Source of the DNA: Paraphysomonas bandaiensis
Lineage: Eukaryota; Protista; Chrysophyceae
Direction: 5' to 3'
NCBI GenBank assembly: GCA_965644295.1
Contig: CBFFRP010000113.1
Coordinates: 1-64,000, forward strand
Length of the DNA stretch: 64,000 nt
Part shown: one piece after another, positions 49,524-62,859 of the stretch
Layout: each line of letters starts with the position of its first letter
Position numbering within the stretch: position 1 is the first letter of the stretch
Made by a program: the position numbers and the translations under genes
Notes under the pieces: model-generated
What the model saw: only the letters and a program-made list of their open reading frames with translations
The model's database searches: none
Told to the model about the DNA's origin: nothing

Positions 49524-50530
49524 ATGCAAATTACTATTTTTAGCATGAAAATCCCAGCTTTCACATGAGGGCTACAAAAAATATCAGATTTCTATAGTAC
49601 TGTACACCAACAGAGTATGTACTCATGGAAAATACGGTATTCATGTACATACATACTGCATACTGCTGTATGGTACAGCTCTGCAATTAGAATTTCTAGG
49701 ATGTAATTTATATGCGGACTTTTCTTGTATGGGAAAGTTGGCCCTCTTTTTTCAGGCCCGTGGTGCGAAATTCTTGCATCTGCTTCAATTAAAGCCGTAC
49801 TTTTACGCCCTTTCCACCCACAGCTGTCCGCAGGACATATCCTCCAAACGATTTTTTTTCATAAAGTTCAAGAGTAACTTGAAATCAATGCCATGAAGCC
49901 GGTGGAAATGCCATGATGCACTAAAGCAAGCTTAGGAGAGCATATTGTCCGACTTGGAACTTAAACGAGCTGAGAATTGCTTCTGCAGTGCAGTGCAGTG
50001 CTGAATGAAACGATCTTTGTCATTCCATAACTTGAGTGACCTCCATATCGATAAGGCCCTATGTGTTCACCAAGATGTGAGAAAATCGAAGTCATGTAAC
50101 TTTGTTGCGAATGGGTATCGACCGATATTTGAGTTTGAAGCACTTGATGAATTGCTAGATCTCTGCGGTAATACAGAAGATGAAACTGACCCATTAGCAA
50201 GTGCGATGGCGACATCTTCCATCTCGGAATCCCAGGAAACATCTCCTACGACTCCACGTGTAAATTATTACAGCATTAAACAGTTGTTGAATAACCAATT
50301 ACCAGAATCATCAACCTCAAAGTCACGGATAGAAACGAATATGTAGCTTAGCCCATGCACGTGTTGTTGTCGACGATTTCTTGTGTTATATACGTGAATA
50401 AACTGTTTATATGTACAGTAGAATAATAAGTTACTTTATGACTTTAGATATAATAGTAGTGTAGCTCTCCATTAATACTACTGATGGAGTTTTTAAACCG
50501 GCCCTACAATACCACTGCAATATATTGTAC
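49524..50530 (+). repeat. Segmental duplication copy B, containing ORF 50005-50346
   Basis: Direct repeat of 47110-48107, ending in hAT subterminal sequence. Confidence 0.93.
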
Positions 50531-50887
50531 AATATATACGTAAGTAATCAGTTAAGGTAGATGAATTATGTACAGTTGAGTAACTAAAACCCATACATTT
50601 AAAGTCTGTTCCTTTAGGGATATTTGTCGTAGTGTATTGTCGCCATTGTCAATTGAGCTCTTGAGCAATAGTATTGAAATACTCACCATTTCTCTCTATC
50701 CTAAGTAGAGAGGCAAGTTAGAATCAGTTCTACAACAGCATATGACACTTCAATTATGCGAATTTTGTAGTAAAGAAACTTACTAAAATAATTCACGTTA
50801 GGTCAATTATTATTTCATTATTAGTTCACAAAGCATAAGAACATACAACTTATACTGCTAACAGTGTAACACGTTATACATATAAAA

Positions 50888-52002
50888 CTAAGCAGTCTTT
50901 TTAATGGAGCCTTCAATAGTCTTGTCACGAACTCGTTTCAACTGAGTTATGGGATTTTGATTGGTCATCACCTGCTCTCTTCTATTTTTCATGCTAAGAT
51001 TCTCCTCTTTGGGTGGCAATGTGACTGACATAGAGGGGATAGCAGCAGGAGCAGTGGAATGGTTTAGGTACGCCTCGTTCCCGTGGTAGTAGTTGCCAGC
51101 AGACTTGAGAGAAAACTGCTCCCAGTAGATACCTCCATATATATCTCTCCCGGAGAAGTCCAACCGTGGTGAGCTGTGGCGCGGTGCCACAGTCTCTACT
51201 TTTGGAAAGTAAATTGGTCCTGGGCTGCGGGGACGTTCTGTAAACAAGAAATTATAGAAGTTACTTTAATTTCAATAAGCTCCAACCTTCAGGAATACGC
51301 TTGTCCTTCGGAAACGAGAAACAGCGCACGTTGGGGTTAGCGTGTCGCACATACTTCGGGCCGGGAATTTCAAACCCACGACTTTTCCGCCCATTGCTAC
51401 GTCCACTAACAAGACTAACAGTATCCGCACTTGGCCACATGCTGGGGTCATACTTGTCACCAACACTAAAACTTGCCCCCTTATGTTTCTTTTCCTTCGC
51501 TTTAGTCATGCGTTTAGAAAACTTTGAAATATCTTTTTCGACAATTTGTGGATCAATTTTTCCTAGGACAGGACGTTTCGCATTTCCCTGTAATAGAATT
51601 AATTCAATTCAAACAACTCTTAAAACTTACCTTTGCTAATGTCCATCCTTGGCGACAAAGCTTCACTAATTCATAGGGGTCAGCTTTTGGAGGGAGGTCT
51701 TCAAGTTTATGATGATTAATGGGAGAACCAATTTTCATAGCGATATCACTGTTACTCTTCGGTAGGGGCTTCGTTTTCTTTGGTTTATTATGTATAGGTT
51801 TTTTTACCAAGTAAGCTGAGCGAGGAAGTTTCGGTCTCTGCAGCGAGAGGTCTTTGGAAGCCTCATCAAAAGTTGATCGTGATTCCGTATGGAAGGAATA
51901 CATACTGTCCCCAAATACAGATTCCATAGCACCGTTGCTTCTCACATCGAGGCACTGGACATCCTCAAGTGGGTCATCAGGGAAATGAACAGAGTGATCC
52001 AT
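50888..52002 (-). CDS. Hypothetical protein with PGP motifs (possibly STPG/SHIPPO-like ciliary protein), 3 exons
   Basis: Three spliceable ORFs; motifs EIPGPKY..FSF and RSPGPIY. Confidence 0.6.
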
Positions 52003-52509
52003 TAGCAAGACTTATATTTTAGTTATAGCTAAGATGCTGACTTTTTAGTATAGTGGATAATGAGTGTGATTTATCTGATTGAGCTCATAGCTTATGTCAA
52101 TTCTATAGGAGATAGTCAATATACTGTTTTCATTGATTTCACTGCTCCACTTAAGTAGCAGCAACCACGATACGATAAAACTGTGCCTGCAACACTCCCT
52201 TTAGTATATATACTTCTATGCTGGGAGCTCATTGTGCTGTATCATGGACACTGTATTTCCGTTTTCTTTTTAGTGTCGTACCTATGAACGAGCATACTAC
52301 GAAGTACACGAGTACATATACGGTATACTGGTATACAGCTGTGCAATACACTGGCGTAGTTCATTCGTAGTACGAGTTTACATAATTGCCATCATGAGCA
52401 CCAGTCCGTCTGCATCCCAAATAGCTCCTCTGGGACATCTAAAGACGAGGGGGTACATACATATACCAGATAGGGCAGTACTAATATTCTAACAAATACT
52501 TCACGCAGG

Positions 52510-53084
52510 ATGTATTTGAAGGGCAAATGGGGTTCTTTGTCAGTGTTTATTCGTAGAAACCGCTTGTGGGGTACTCGTAAGTGCTGTAGCGCTGCACAGT
52601 TCGACATCAACGAAACACTTACATCTGATCTTAAGATCGGAGCATACGCAGAAGTTAAGCATTGTTTCAACCAATCATCGGTGAAAACGTTTTCTGACAT
52701 TAGTGGGGATAATAACCCACTTCATATTGACGATGAGGTAGCGAAAGCCTCTCAGTTCGGCGGGACTATTGTCCACGGAATTCTTGTATCGAGTCTTTTC
52801 TCCACTCTATTTGGTCGGACAATTCCTGGATCGATATATATTAACCAAAGCATGACGTTCCGTAAACCTGTCAAAGTTGGGGGTAAGATTTAGCATCTAA
52901 ATTTTTATAGTTCATTAGTGTGCTGGTTGTAGCCCCAGTAATTGCAAGGATTGAGGTCAATCGAGTATCAAGTAAGCGCCCTGGTGTATTTATAACATGC
53001 AGAACGACGTGTAGGCTTGCAGATGACGGTATGCTAGCTGTGGATGGAGAGGCTACTGTACTTATCCCCCACTCCAGTACGTAG
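52510..53084 (+). CDS. MaoC-family (R)-hydratase / 3-hydroxyacyl-thioester dehydratase with presequence, 2 exons
   Basis: FSDISGDNNPLHIDD, IVHGIL, PGSIYINQSMTFRKPV, GEATVL. Confidence 0.9.
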
Positions 53085-53350
53085 ATTGCACTCACCTCAT
53101 TGTTGGATGTATGTATGTCATGTCAACAGGAAGTTGTTGACCTAAATATTTAGATCACAGTAGATGTTTCTGAAAAGCAGACGCTGTGGTATCTGTATAA
53201 GTTGGGAATTCATAAATGCGTAGAGGCGATTTTTCTAGCCTACAATATTCTCGTAAATAGAGAAACTAGATAGAAATGTATTAACTAACCCTAATCAACA
53301 GAGTTCTTTCTTGAAAAGCTAACTCTCACAACCTCCAAGCTACTTTATAT

Positions 53351-54382
53351 CAGGTCCTGGTAACAGTTAATGGTAATGGCCATTAATGGTAATGCAATTA
53401 TAATTGCCCGGACATTTGTCATTAATGCCATTATAATTGCCGGGAACCACTGCACTACCATTAATGGACCATTATGACATTATGACATCCCATTAATGAC
53501 CTGTACTGCTATAAATAGAACTGGGTGTTATACATATAATGTTATCTCCTCTATACTCCGAAGAAACTCTAAACAATATTAAACAACAATATTCACGCAA
53601 CTCTACAGGTACTTTGTGTCAACCTTGTTCACTATCTTCTCAATGCTCTGTAGATTTAGAGAATAGTTTCCTGAGCGATATATATATAGATAATATGCAT
53701 ATTTACCTAGAAAACTTTCATAAAAACACTATTTTCCCCCAAAGTTGAAAGAAGCTGCAGTACACAATTATACCATCCAGTATATCAAGCGAATATGATG
53801 GCCAAAAAAAATGATGGCAGTTTAATTTACAGCCTGAGTCATCTTCCGAGCGGATTCAGAGAATCCTCTCAGTGCTCTGTATCAGAGTGAATTTGCTTGC
53901 GCAGCGTGTTCTGGACAGCGCCGAGGTCACCAAGAGAACTCGGGTGGTACCTATATGACTCCAACTACAGCTGCTTGTATCATATTGAAGCACAAAATCT
54001 AATGTTGTTGAGAAGCTCTTTAGTAGTGCAAAGTTGATAATCCCACTTGAACGTAGAAACATGAATCCATATCGTCTAGAATCGTTGCTATTCCTACGAG
54101 TCAATTACATGTTGTGGGATGCTGATACCCTCCACGAAGCCCTGCAAGAAGATCCTGATGTGCCAATTCGTAGTTTTCTAATTAATTAGAAATTAGTAAT
54201 TAAGGGAGCACTATACTATCTATTATGAGCGGTATTATCTACTTTAAGTTAGTAGGTATTAATGGCCATTTATGGCCATTAACGGCCAATATAATTGCCG
54301 GGACATTTTTCATTAATGCCATTATAATTGCCGGGAACTGGACTACCATTAATGGGCCATTATTAACGGTTACCACAGGCTA
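53351..54382 (+). mobile_element. Degenerate non-autonomous hAT element (second family)
   Basis: Imperfect TIRs CAGGTCCTGGTAACAGTTAAT / ATTAACGGTTACCACAGGCTA; AATGGCCATT and ATTATAATTGCCGG subterminal repeats; remnant SNVVEKLFSSAKL..MNPYRLESLLFLRVN..LWD at ~54000-54130. Confidence 0.8.
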
Positions 54383-54926
54383 ATTGCCACTTATATCAGA
54401 GTCTAATAGCCACATGAGTGGTTTACTGTTTATTGAGCCATTATGGTATAAAGAGAAGGTAATAGTATAAGGTGAGAGGTAAATGCTATTTAGATAAGAG
54501 TATTACGAGTGGTTATGGGACTAGAATGATGTAATGGATATTCGTGGGTTAAGTATGAGGAAATAGGTGAACAGATATGGGTTAGATATTGCAAGTTTTC
54601 ACGAATAATAAGTTACTGTTAAGATTTAGTTCTATTTCCTATCTCCTATTACCCGTACACTGAAACTGGATGATAAGAGATAAGACTATCAATGCCTCGA
54701 ATAGTGATGCTGAAACACCCGCAGTCGACTTGAGACTTTCAATAGAATTACATAGGGAAGGTGGACATCAGATCGACTTAATGACGTTAGTACATTGTTA
54801 GTACACCAATTTCAAGTCATTGTATTACTGCACGCATTTTCTGGTGGTTGGTGATACAATCTAGAAACACTCATTGACCAGACTGCCACTCATTTTTGTT
54901 AGTTGTAATTAAATGATGAAATATAT

Positions 54927-55060
54927 TAGGGCCTTGTAATCGTTAATGTTTTGTAATGGCCATTATAATTGCCGTATCAATTATCAATTTTCATTGATGC
55001 CATTATAATAGTCGGAAACTGGACAACCATTAATGGGCCATTAAAGGTTAGCAGGCCCTG
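54927..55060. mobile_element. ~134-bp MITE of the second hAT family
   Basis: TAGGGCCTTGTAATCGTTAATG ... CATTAAAGGTTAGCAGGCCCTG ends; same subterminal motifs as 53351-54382. Confidence 0.7.
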
Positions 55061-55577
55061 TAATCTACTACAGGTTTCTATTAATTTTATTGTCTCCTGG
55101 TTTTATAATAGAATAGGATTTTCAAAAAAGAAGAGGGTATCAACTTTGCAATCATCAGCATCAATTTTGAAGTAAAACAACTTCGATGTTAACTAATGTG
55201 CCCACACTAGTGACGCCTTGACAGCATAGAATTGATGGTACTAAAAATGCTTCTATTAATTGACTACGTTGTGATCAATTATTATTTGCTGTGGCAATTA
55301 CAATTACATGTGTGCTTAGTATTCTCACATACAAAACTAGAACAGAATGAGGTCACATATGCTCGTCTGCTGTTTCTACCATCACACATAGCTGAATGAA
55401 CATAAGAGTGATGTTTTAAAGTCTAAAACAGTATATTATTGACTACATTTTCAAATTAACTAATAATAAAACAGCTTCACATAGCTTCATAGATATCACA
55501 CTTGTAACTAGGCAGCAAAAATCCCTCTTGAATTCCCCTAGATCCTGTAATCGCATACCTCTTGAATAATGTGTAGC

Positions 55578-56983
55578 CTATAAACCTGTCAGCTTCGAGC
55601 TTACATCCCATAGCTTCGAGGCTGCATCGGGGTCGCTAGCGTGTTTCGATACAGGATAGGACTTGCAGTGGACAAGGTAACGCCCACTGACACCCTCAAG
55701 AGCAGGTGATGTGGCTGCAAATACACTAGTGTAAGCACCTTGGCTGGGCAACTTTTGTACAAGAAGCATTAGTGGAGTGAGTAAGGCATGGGCTTGGCGC
55801 ACGAAGAAATTCAACGAGCGTGTAACTTCCGTAAGTACAATACCAGGGTGTACCGCGTTCACAGTTACATTGGATCCGGACGATCGCAGTCTTCTATCCA
55901 GTTCCAGTGAAAACAAGACATTAGCGAGTTTGGACCGGCTGTAAGTACCGAAGAGGGAGTAGTTCCGCTCAGACATGATGTCATCAAAGTCAATTCCCGT
56001 CTTGACTGCACGGTGCATTGAGGAGGCAACATTGACAACTCTTCCCCTGTATATTCGGCAGATATCAGTGCAATGATAGATAAAGTAAAAAGGTAACCAA
56101 CTTGGTAGCCTCTAAATCCGGAAGGAGAAGGTTTGTCAGTAGAAAATGGCCAAGGTGATTGGAAGTAAAAACCATCTCTAGGCCATCCTACAATTCCGTC
56201 AAGGAAATGACAAGACAGAACACGAAACAGACCTTTGTAGTAGTGCGTGTGGGCATCATTACACCAGCATTATTTATCAGGCAGTGAAGAGGTAGACCAA
56301 GAGCTTTAAATTCCTACACGAAATTAAGATATAAAGCCAACAATCTCTTTGGCCCTGCACCTTAACAAAGTCTCTCACAGACTTGAATGAGCAGAGATCA
56401 AGTGGCAGAAAAATTACTTTAGTCTCTGAACACCCTGCTGAGCTAACGATATTTGCACGAGCATTTAATGCTTTGTCCTTGGACCTGCACTGCATGTGAA
56501 AAAACGGTCATGTTCAAACAATTAGCGATATCACCTACAACCAAGTATGACTGTCCCACCCATACGGGCGATTTCTCTAGCTGTCTCTAATCCCAAGCCC
56601 GCACTAGAGCCAGTCACAATAAACACTTTTCCCGAGAGATCGACCTCTTTAAATTTTACGCCACTAACGGCACGTTTATAGTTTCGAATTATCATAGCAA
56701 CCGATATTGCGATAATGCTGCAAGATAGAGCCTTGAAGGAGACATTAATAGTGATACAAGAAGCGTATTCACCAGATACCTTACAAAAACTACCTTCATC
56801 GCATTCTCTTTGAGTTATCAATGCAACAGCAAGAATGGAACCATTGAGTGCAATATCCTGCAAAGTGTCTGTCCACGACAGGTCCTCATATGTGTGATGT
56901 CGAACAGTGTTCAACACTAATGAGTACAAGAAACAGAGACTGCTCCCACCGACTGCAACATCAAGAAGAGAACTAATGGTCAT
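55578..56983 (-). CDS. Short-chain dehydrogenase/reductase (retinol dehydrogenase-like) with N-terminal membrane segments, multi-exon
   Basis: IVTGSSAGLG, LDLCSFKSVR, INNAG, SNHLGHFLLTNLL, YSRSKLAN, VHPG. Confidence 0.92.
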
Positions 56984-57412
56984 GCTTAACTATCTTCGGA
57001 GATTTCAACGCCTGATAGTTCCTAAGTGTTGCAAGTGGTGGAGATGCAATGCATGCCAGTACAGCAGTATGACAGTGTGTGCACGATATATACTACCCAC
57101 TACATGCACTGCTGTACATATCACGGGTTGTTAAAAGGTATAATATACGGATAGCGGTACGTATACGGATGGTACAGAGGAGATATGTGAAACCGATATA
57201 TATAGAGATGTATGTATGTATGTTTGTGTATATGGGCGTATATGTATGTATGTATGTGTAGGTGTGTGTATGCAATGGTTTATATATGTATGTATGTGTG
57301 TATGTATGAGGGCTATAGAGCAAATCATATACACAAACCAGTCTGTTCATATACATGACTGATACTTGTCTAGTGCTTGTTATTGTCGATTGAGTAATCT
57401 ATCTCGAGGACA

Positions 57413-59131
57413 ATGGCTGATGTGATTCGACCAGAGGACGGTGTTCAGATCCTAGAGCGTGCTGAGATAAGCGATGATGAGGACGACTTTGAATATGAGA
57501 TGGTCGCAGAGGAGCCTGAGGATGATGACGACGATGATGATCTTGCGGACGCATTGGCTTCTATTAACATGAAGCGATCGAGTGCAGCAACTGAGAAATC
57601 ACTCGAGTCGACGACGTCAGTGACTCAAGTGCGTCCTTCTGTTGTGGATGACTTTGTAAGGAACTTCCTCATTAAAGCTGGAATGAAGCGAACACTGGAT
57701 AGTTTTAATGCTGAGTGGTATGAAATGCAGTCTAAAGGAAGGCTACCAGCGGAAATATCGTCAGCCGTTCCAGATATATATTTGAGAAATGATGAACTGG
57801 ATCAACAGGCACGTGTCTTGCGTGAACAAGTGGATAAAATGCGACAAGTAGCAGGGCGGGCTCAAGCCACTTGGGACAAGTTTAGGAAGGAGAGAGATTT
57901 TCATCGAATGCACCATAAACGTGTTGTTCAGGAGAAGAACAAACTGATTAAAGATTTGAAGAGAGTTCGTAACCACTTGAGGTCTTATGAGCCCATGATC
58001 GATGAACTCAAAGGCAAGCACCAGGCAGCCCTGAAGGAGAAAATGCTTATCAAATTGGAACGTGATCGCATGAAGGCTAAGGTAAAAGTTTTGGAGGAAC
58101 AAGTTGCTAATTTGACACGACCGGAAGAGGAGAAGTCACCCACCCCGAAGGTGCGGAGTGCTACTCGAACTGTTCGCAAGGAGGCTGTGTTTCCTTCCGA
58201 CTCAATAGTCAACCCATTCTCTACAGTTGAGTTCGATCCCTGCACTGCAGACAAGTTCAAAACACGCAAGACCTATAAGGGACACCTGAACTCCATAGCA
58301 GCAGTCGCTTTTCACCCGAAGAAACCTATTTTTGCTACGGCCAGTGATGACGAAACCTGGCGGTTGTGGACTGTTCCGGACAGTGATCTGGTCATGTCTG
58401 GAGAGGGACATACAAGTTGGGTTTCAGGCCTGCATTTTCACCCGCACGGATCTCACTTAGTGACTTCCTCTGGAGATAGTACTGTCAAAATATGGGAGTT
58501 CGCTCAAGCGCGCTGCACACACACATTCACTGAGCACACACAGGCAGTGTGGGGGTGTGAATTCCACCATGGCGGTGATTTTGTTGCGAGCTGCTCTATG
58601 GATCACACTGTTCGTATATGGGATGTTATATCTGGTCGCTGTAGGCAGAGCCTTAGAGGGCATGTGGACAGCGTGAATGCTGTGAAGTGGCAGCCCTTCT
58701 CCAATAATGCGTGTACAGCATCAGGTGACAAGACAGTATCAGTGTGGGACGCACGTACCGGCCTCTGTGTACAAACTCTCTACGGCCACTCAAACTCCTG
58801 TAACGATCTTGCTGTATCCCATCGCGGAGATACAATTGCTTCCTGTGATGCCGATGGCGTGGTAAAAGTCTGGGACATTCGCATGGTATCAGAACTGGGC
58901 TCAGTTGAAACTGGTACCCACCCTGTGAATAAGCTCACACTTGATCGCAGTGGAGCGAGGGCTGTGTGTGGGTCTGACGACGGCTCTGTCAAGGTACTGG
59001 ATTTGCAGAACTTCCGCGTGTTGAATCAGCTTACAGGACATGATGATGCTGTTCAGTGTGTTGGCCTTTCTCCGAATGATGCCTTCATGGTCAGCGGCTC
59101 GTCCGATGCCACTTTCAGAATATGGGGATAG
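57413..59131 (+). CDS. SPAG16: Flagellar central-apparatus WD40 protein PF20/SPAG16 (intronless)
   Basis: RPSVVDDFVRNFLIK..TLDSFNAEWYE; coiled coil WDKFRKERDFHRMHHKRVVQEKNKL; seven WD40 repeats. Confidence 0.9.
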   Translation: MADVIRPEDGVQILERAEISDDEDDFEYEMVAEEPEDDDDDDDLADALASINMKRSSAATEKSLESTTSVTQVRPSVVDDFVRNFLIKAGMKRTLDSFNAEWYEMQSKGRLPAEISSAVPDIYLRNDELDQQARVLREQVDKMRQVAGRAQATWDKFRKERDFHRMHHKRVVQEKNKLIKDLKRVRNHLRSYEPMIDELKGKHQAALKEKMLIKLERDRMKAKVKVLEEQVANLTRPEEEKSPTPKVRSATRTVRKEAVFPSDSIVNPFSTVEFDPCTADKFKTRKTYKGHLNSIAAVAFHPKKPIFATASDDETWRLWTVPDSDLVMSGEGHTSWVSGLHFHPHGSHLVTSSGDSTVKIWEFAQARCTHTFTEHTQAVWGCEFHHGGDFVASCSMDHTVRIWDVISGRCRQSLRGHVDSVNAVKWQPFSNNACTASGDKTVSVWDARTGLCVQTLYGHSNSCNDLAVSHRGDTIASCDADGVVKVWDIRMVSELGSVETGTHPVNKLTLDRSGARAVCGSDDGSVKVLDLQNFRVLNQLTGHDDAVQCVGLSPNDAFMVSGSSDATFRIWG

Positions 59132-59748
59132 CTGTAGAGTTTCAAGAATATGGGGAGTCGGTGATTCAAGAACCTGTGTAACAACTCTAAAGTTGCGACT
59201 GGAGTGTATTAATTGAGTCTAAGATATAGTGTATATGTGGGATGATATTTAATGTTATATAAGCTGTATTACCTGTTACTGTTTGAGTTGTTGAAGTGAA
59301 TTCAGTAGCATGCCACCGTAAGCTATCAATATGCCATAAGAGCACTCTATCGTAGAAACATTTAGTGATTTGATCGCAGTAAGGAAATTCATACTTAGTT
59401 AAATGAGGTACAACAAAGTAGGATAGAGCCAGTAGGGTATTCGCCTCAAAATCTCAATCACAGCTTAGCTAGAGGTTAATGAGTGATAATCAGGTAGCGA
59501 CCCTCACCGAGAGGAGACAACGACACCCGCGTGATTCAATATTGCTTCTATGACAATCTTTACAGTGTTCAAGCGTGCGTGTTAGAATTGTCTCTGAAGT
59601 TAACTTTGTTCTACACGTAAATCTTAATCTTGTTTTGTTGAACACAATGCACATTCAAGTAAGAAATTATAATTAGTAATCTAAACACTTCACTACATAT
59701 TTATGTAACATCTGGTTAACATCTGTTCACGGCAACATCTGTTTATTG

Positions 59749-60047
59749 CAGGGATAGGGAACAATATATTGATTGGTAGACTGGTCAAATATTCCATCAA
59801 TATTGTTTCTGTTAAAGTAACTAGTAACTATATTGCAATTTATTGCAAACAATTATTTCATATACAGAAAGCTTCTTAACTGTAGGGTAAAAAATATAAA
59901 TCGATGTATATAAATCTATGTATATAAATCTCCGTTCAGACGGTGATCATTGCAACAACACAGAGGGTGATAAAACTAAAGTTGGATATGTGGAGAAAAT
60001 TCTTCAATCAGTTCAAAATCTTAAGAAACGGAAAGTTGAAATATCTT
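59749..60047 (+). mobile_element. Degenerate fragment of the 4708-6355 hAT family
   Basis: TIR CAGGGATAGGGAACAATATATTG at 59749, then subterminal and transposase-derived sequence matching the reverse complement of 5205-5320. Confidence 0.85.
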
Positions 60048-60058
60048 GATCTATATTA

Positions 60059-61044
60059 TTATAATGAGACATACTTGGTGCGTGATATGTCGGTCAAGTT
60101 TCTATCCCCTAGTAATGCTTCTACCTCTACACTGAGGTCGTTCTGTGAAGTAACCTCCACATCAAATGAAGAAAGTATATGGTCTTCAAATGAGTCTACC
60201 AATTGATCTAATGTTTTATAATGGTGTTTGAGCTTCGTTAAGAACTCTGTATGGCTTCGTTTTTGGCGATACCCAGGCATCTTCTGTGGTATCTGGAGCA
60301 TACTGAGCAACATCGCAAGACTCATTTCCACGTACCTGGAGATAGGATAATGCGCGAGAAGAAAAATCCCATAGAAAAGATGTGTGGTGCACAAATCGCG
60401 TTTTCGCTATCGCTGCAAGCAACCTTTATACTCTCATGTAACACGGGTGGTATTGTACCTTGCGCATTTCCCCCAATCTTGAGGTCCTCCATTACATAAT
60501 CGTTCTCACGGAGAGTAAACTTCACAACAAACTATCAGCTAGAATTGAAATATTTAAACCACGTACTTCTGACTTGGCATCGCGAAACACATGCTTGTAA
60601 ACGGCTGTATCGGACCACTTCATTATGTCGCGAGGATAGGGACTAATATTTAAGTCTTGGCTCTGTATATAGCAAACTATCACTCTACATCAAAATTCGA
60701 ATCTTCTGAACCATACATCCATAATAAAAGTTACAAACAAAGTGTTCTTGTCTACAATAACAGTCCCTCCGCCTGTGAATCGTCGAATAACTTCTATATT
60801 ATCCCTGTGAGTTAATATGATGCATGGATCACATGAGCGCACTGTTTGTGGACCTCTTCGCTTCTTCAATATGAACCAGTTCAGGAACTTTACCAGAGAA
60901 ACCTGTGACTATAGTGGGCACTGTAGGCCCTGTGTTGACGAGGCACCAGTTGCTGTTGGAGGACCTGAACAGGAGCTCTTCGATCTGAAGCTGACGGAAT
61001 ATATGCATGTTATCCAGCTTAACTAGTCGCAGTTTAGGTAACAT
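60059..61044 (-). CDS. Lipoate-protein ligase A-like (BPL/LplA/LipB family), multi-exon
   Basis: QLQIEELLFR, IRRFTGGGTVIVD, ENDYV..KIGGNAQ, VHHTSFLWDF, YRQKRSH. Confidence 0.88.
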
Positions 61045-62859
61045 TGTGCTGCTTGATATATGCTTTGAGTGAGTGAGATATGGATGCCACTGACAACGCC
61101 ATATATATACACATACATGGGCGACATGATACAGGAGTATGCATACAGCAGTACTGCATATACCACTCGCACACCGCATATACCGTATACCATATACTCA
61201 TGTAGCATGCCTGTGGATACCAGTCGGAGTGTACATATGCTGTACACAGCTGATGTACTCTGTACCTGTATGGTGTACATATACACCACTGTACAGCAGT
61301 ACAATCCTGATGCATACTCACCCCTCCACGCATCCATGTTTGATGTTACCTCGAGGAACAACTGTGTCTGCAGTGGCACTGGGTATCCATCCGCTGTGCT
61401 CCGTACAGCCTTCACTTAGACTCTACACTGACACAATAGACGAGAAGGAGAGACACTGACTCTCTCTGTGTGATGCTCTGGCTATGATACCGTGTACATG
61501 CATAGGTATTACGTATGGTATACTGTGTACCATACACAGCCTCGTAACAGCAGATTGATTCCTGCCGCTATCGATGGACTCTGATTAAGGTATACATCTC
61601 AGATGACCTCTCCTCCTATACAGCTCAAGCAATCTCTCTGGCTTGTTAAACGTAACCCATTGGCCTGTTTGTTTATCTGTATGCTCTACGAGAGTGTAGA
61701 ATCACTGTACTATCGCCCTATAGGAACTGCCACGTGATCCAGTAAGCAATGCCTCTCACAAAGAACGTCACATTTGCTTGTTGACTACGTACCATGCACA
61801 GTAGGTTCCCATTGCAGCTTATATATGTTATTCCTGCCATATTTGTATTAAGGTAATTGATAATGTAGCATTTCTGTGTCTTTATACGTATATTACATAA
61901 TTAAGTTCGTTTCATCTTGCCTTTGTTTGCGTAGACATATCAGATATCCACTCTTGCACGAATCGAAGACACACTACATTACTGGTGATTGCTGGGACGC
62001 TATCTAACACTAGTATTGCAATATATTGTTCCCTAGCACTGTTCTATACTGCAATGCGTGTATTACATTACATACCATTTAAAGTATTAATGTACAATAT
62101 AGTGAAAAAAGTAAATGGTTACTAAATCAAAGACTAAATTTATAAATATAATTGGAATGCAGTTAATAGAAAGGTAATGAAGGTAAAATATAAAAGGCAT
62201 TCTAGAAGTGTATGTTTAAACACCAACTATGTTATCGCCATTATTCAGTTGTTTCATGCAGACTTTTTTCTGCCTTCAAAGGCGTCTTAGCTGCCTTCTC
62301 AGTTACCTGTTTTTCCGCTGACAATTTGGTCAACCTTAGCTGTCAAGTTATGACACAATTGGATGATTTACTATGTTAACTGGACGTTTATTTACTCATT
62401 AAACAAGTTAAGATAAGAGAAGATTATAGTAAATATAATAAACAATATATCACGTTATCTCTACTACCACTCATTTCTAGTACGATCTTATATCGTCACT
62501 ATCTTCTTGTATGGTCAATATATATTCAGTTCTCATTTACTTCTCATAATACAGTTAACCACTACAGTATTCTCCAGTAACCGTCATAATTCCAATATCT
62601 TAGTATTACAGCTTTTAATTGCTTAAACAGCAAAACTCAACATTAGCAATGACATCGGCCATCTTCTATCCTCTTGTATTTTTTGACTTTAGAACAGCGG
62701 CCCTCGTTTCTCATATAAGCGTGAGCTCTGCTACAGGTCGTTTTATTTCCGTAGGGTCTCTCGAAGCCATTTCCTCTGATACCTTGCAACTACTCTCTTC
62801 TGGCTCACTATTTCTTTCAGGTTAATTAACAGTTTTACGAAGATTCACAAAGTTGGACT

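Noticed and set aside
59749-62041. Pack-hAT capturing the lipoate ligase gene (TIR-like CAATATATTGTTCCCTAGCACTG at ~62019-62041)
   Set aside because: The flanking 8-mers differ (GTTTATTG vs TTCTATAC) and the TIRs are mismatched; more likely two independent remnants.
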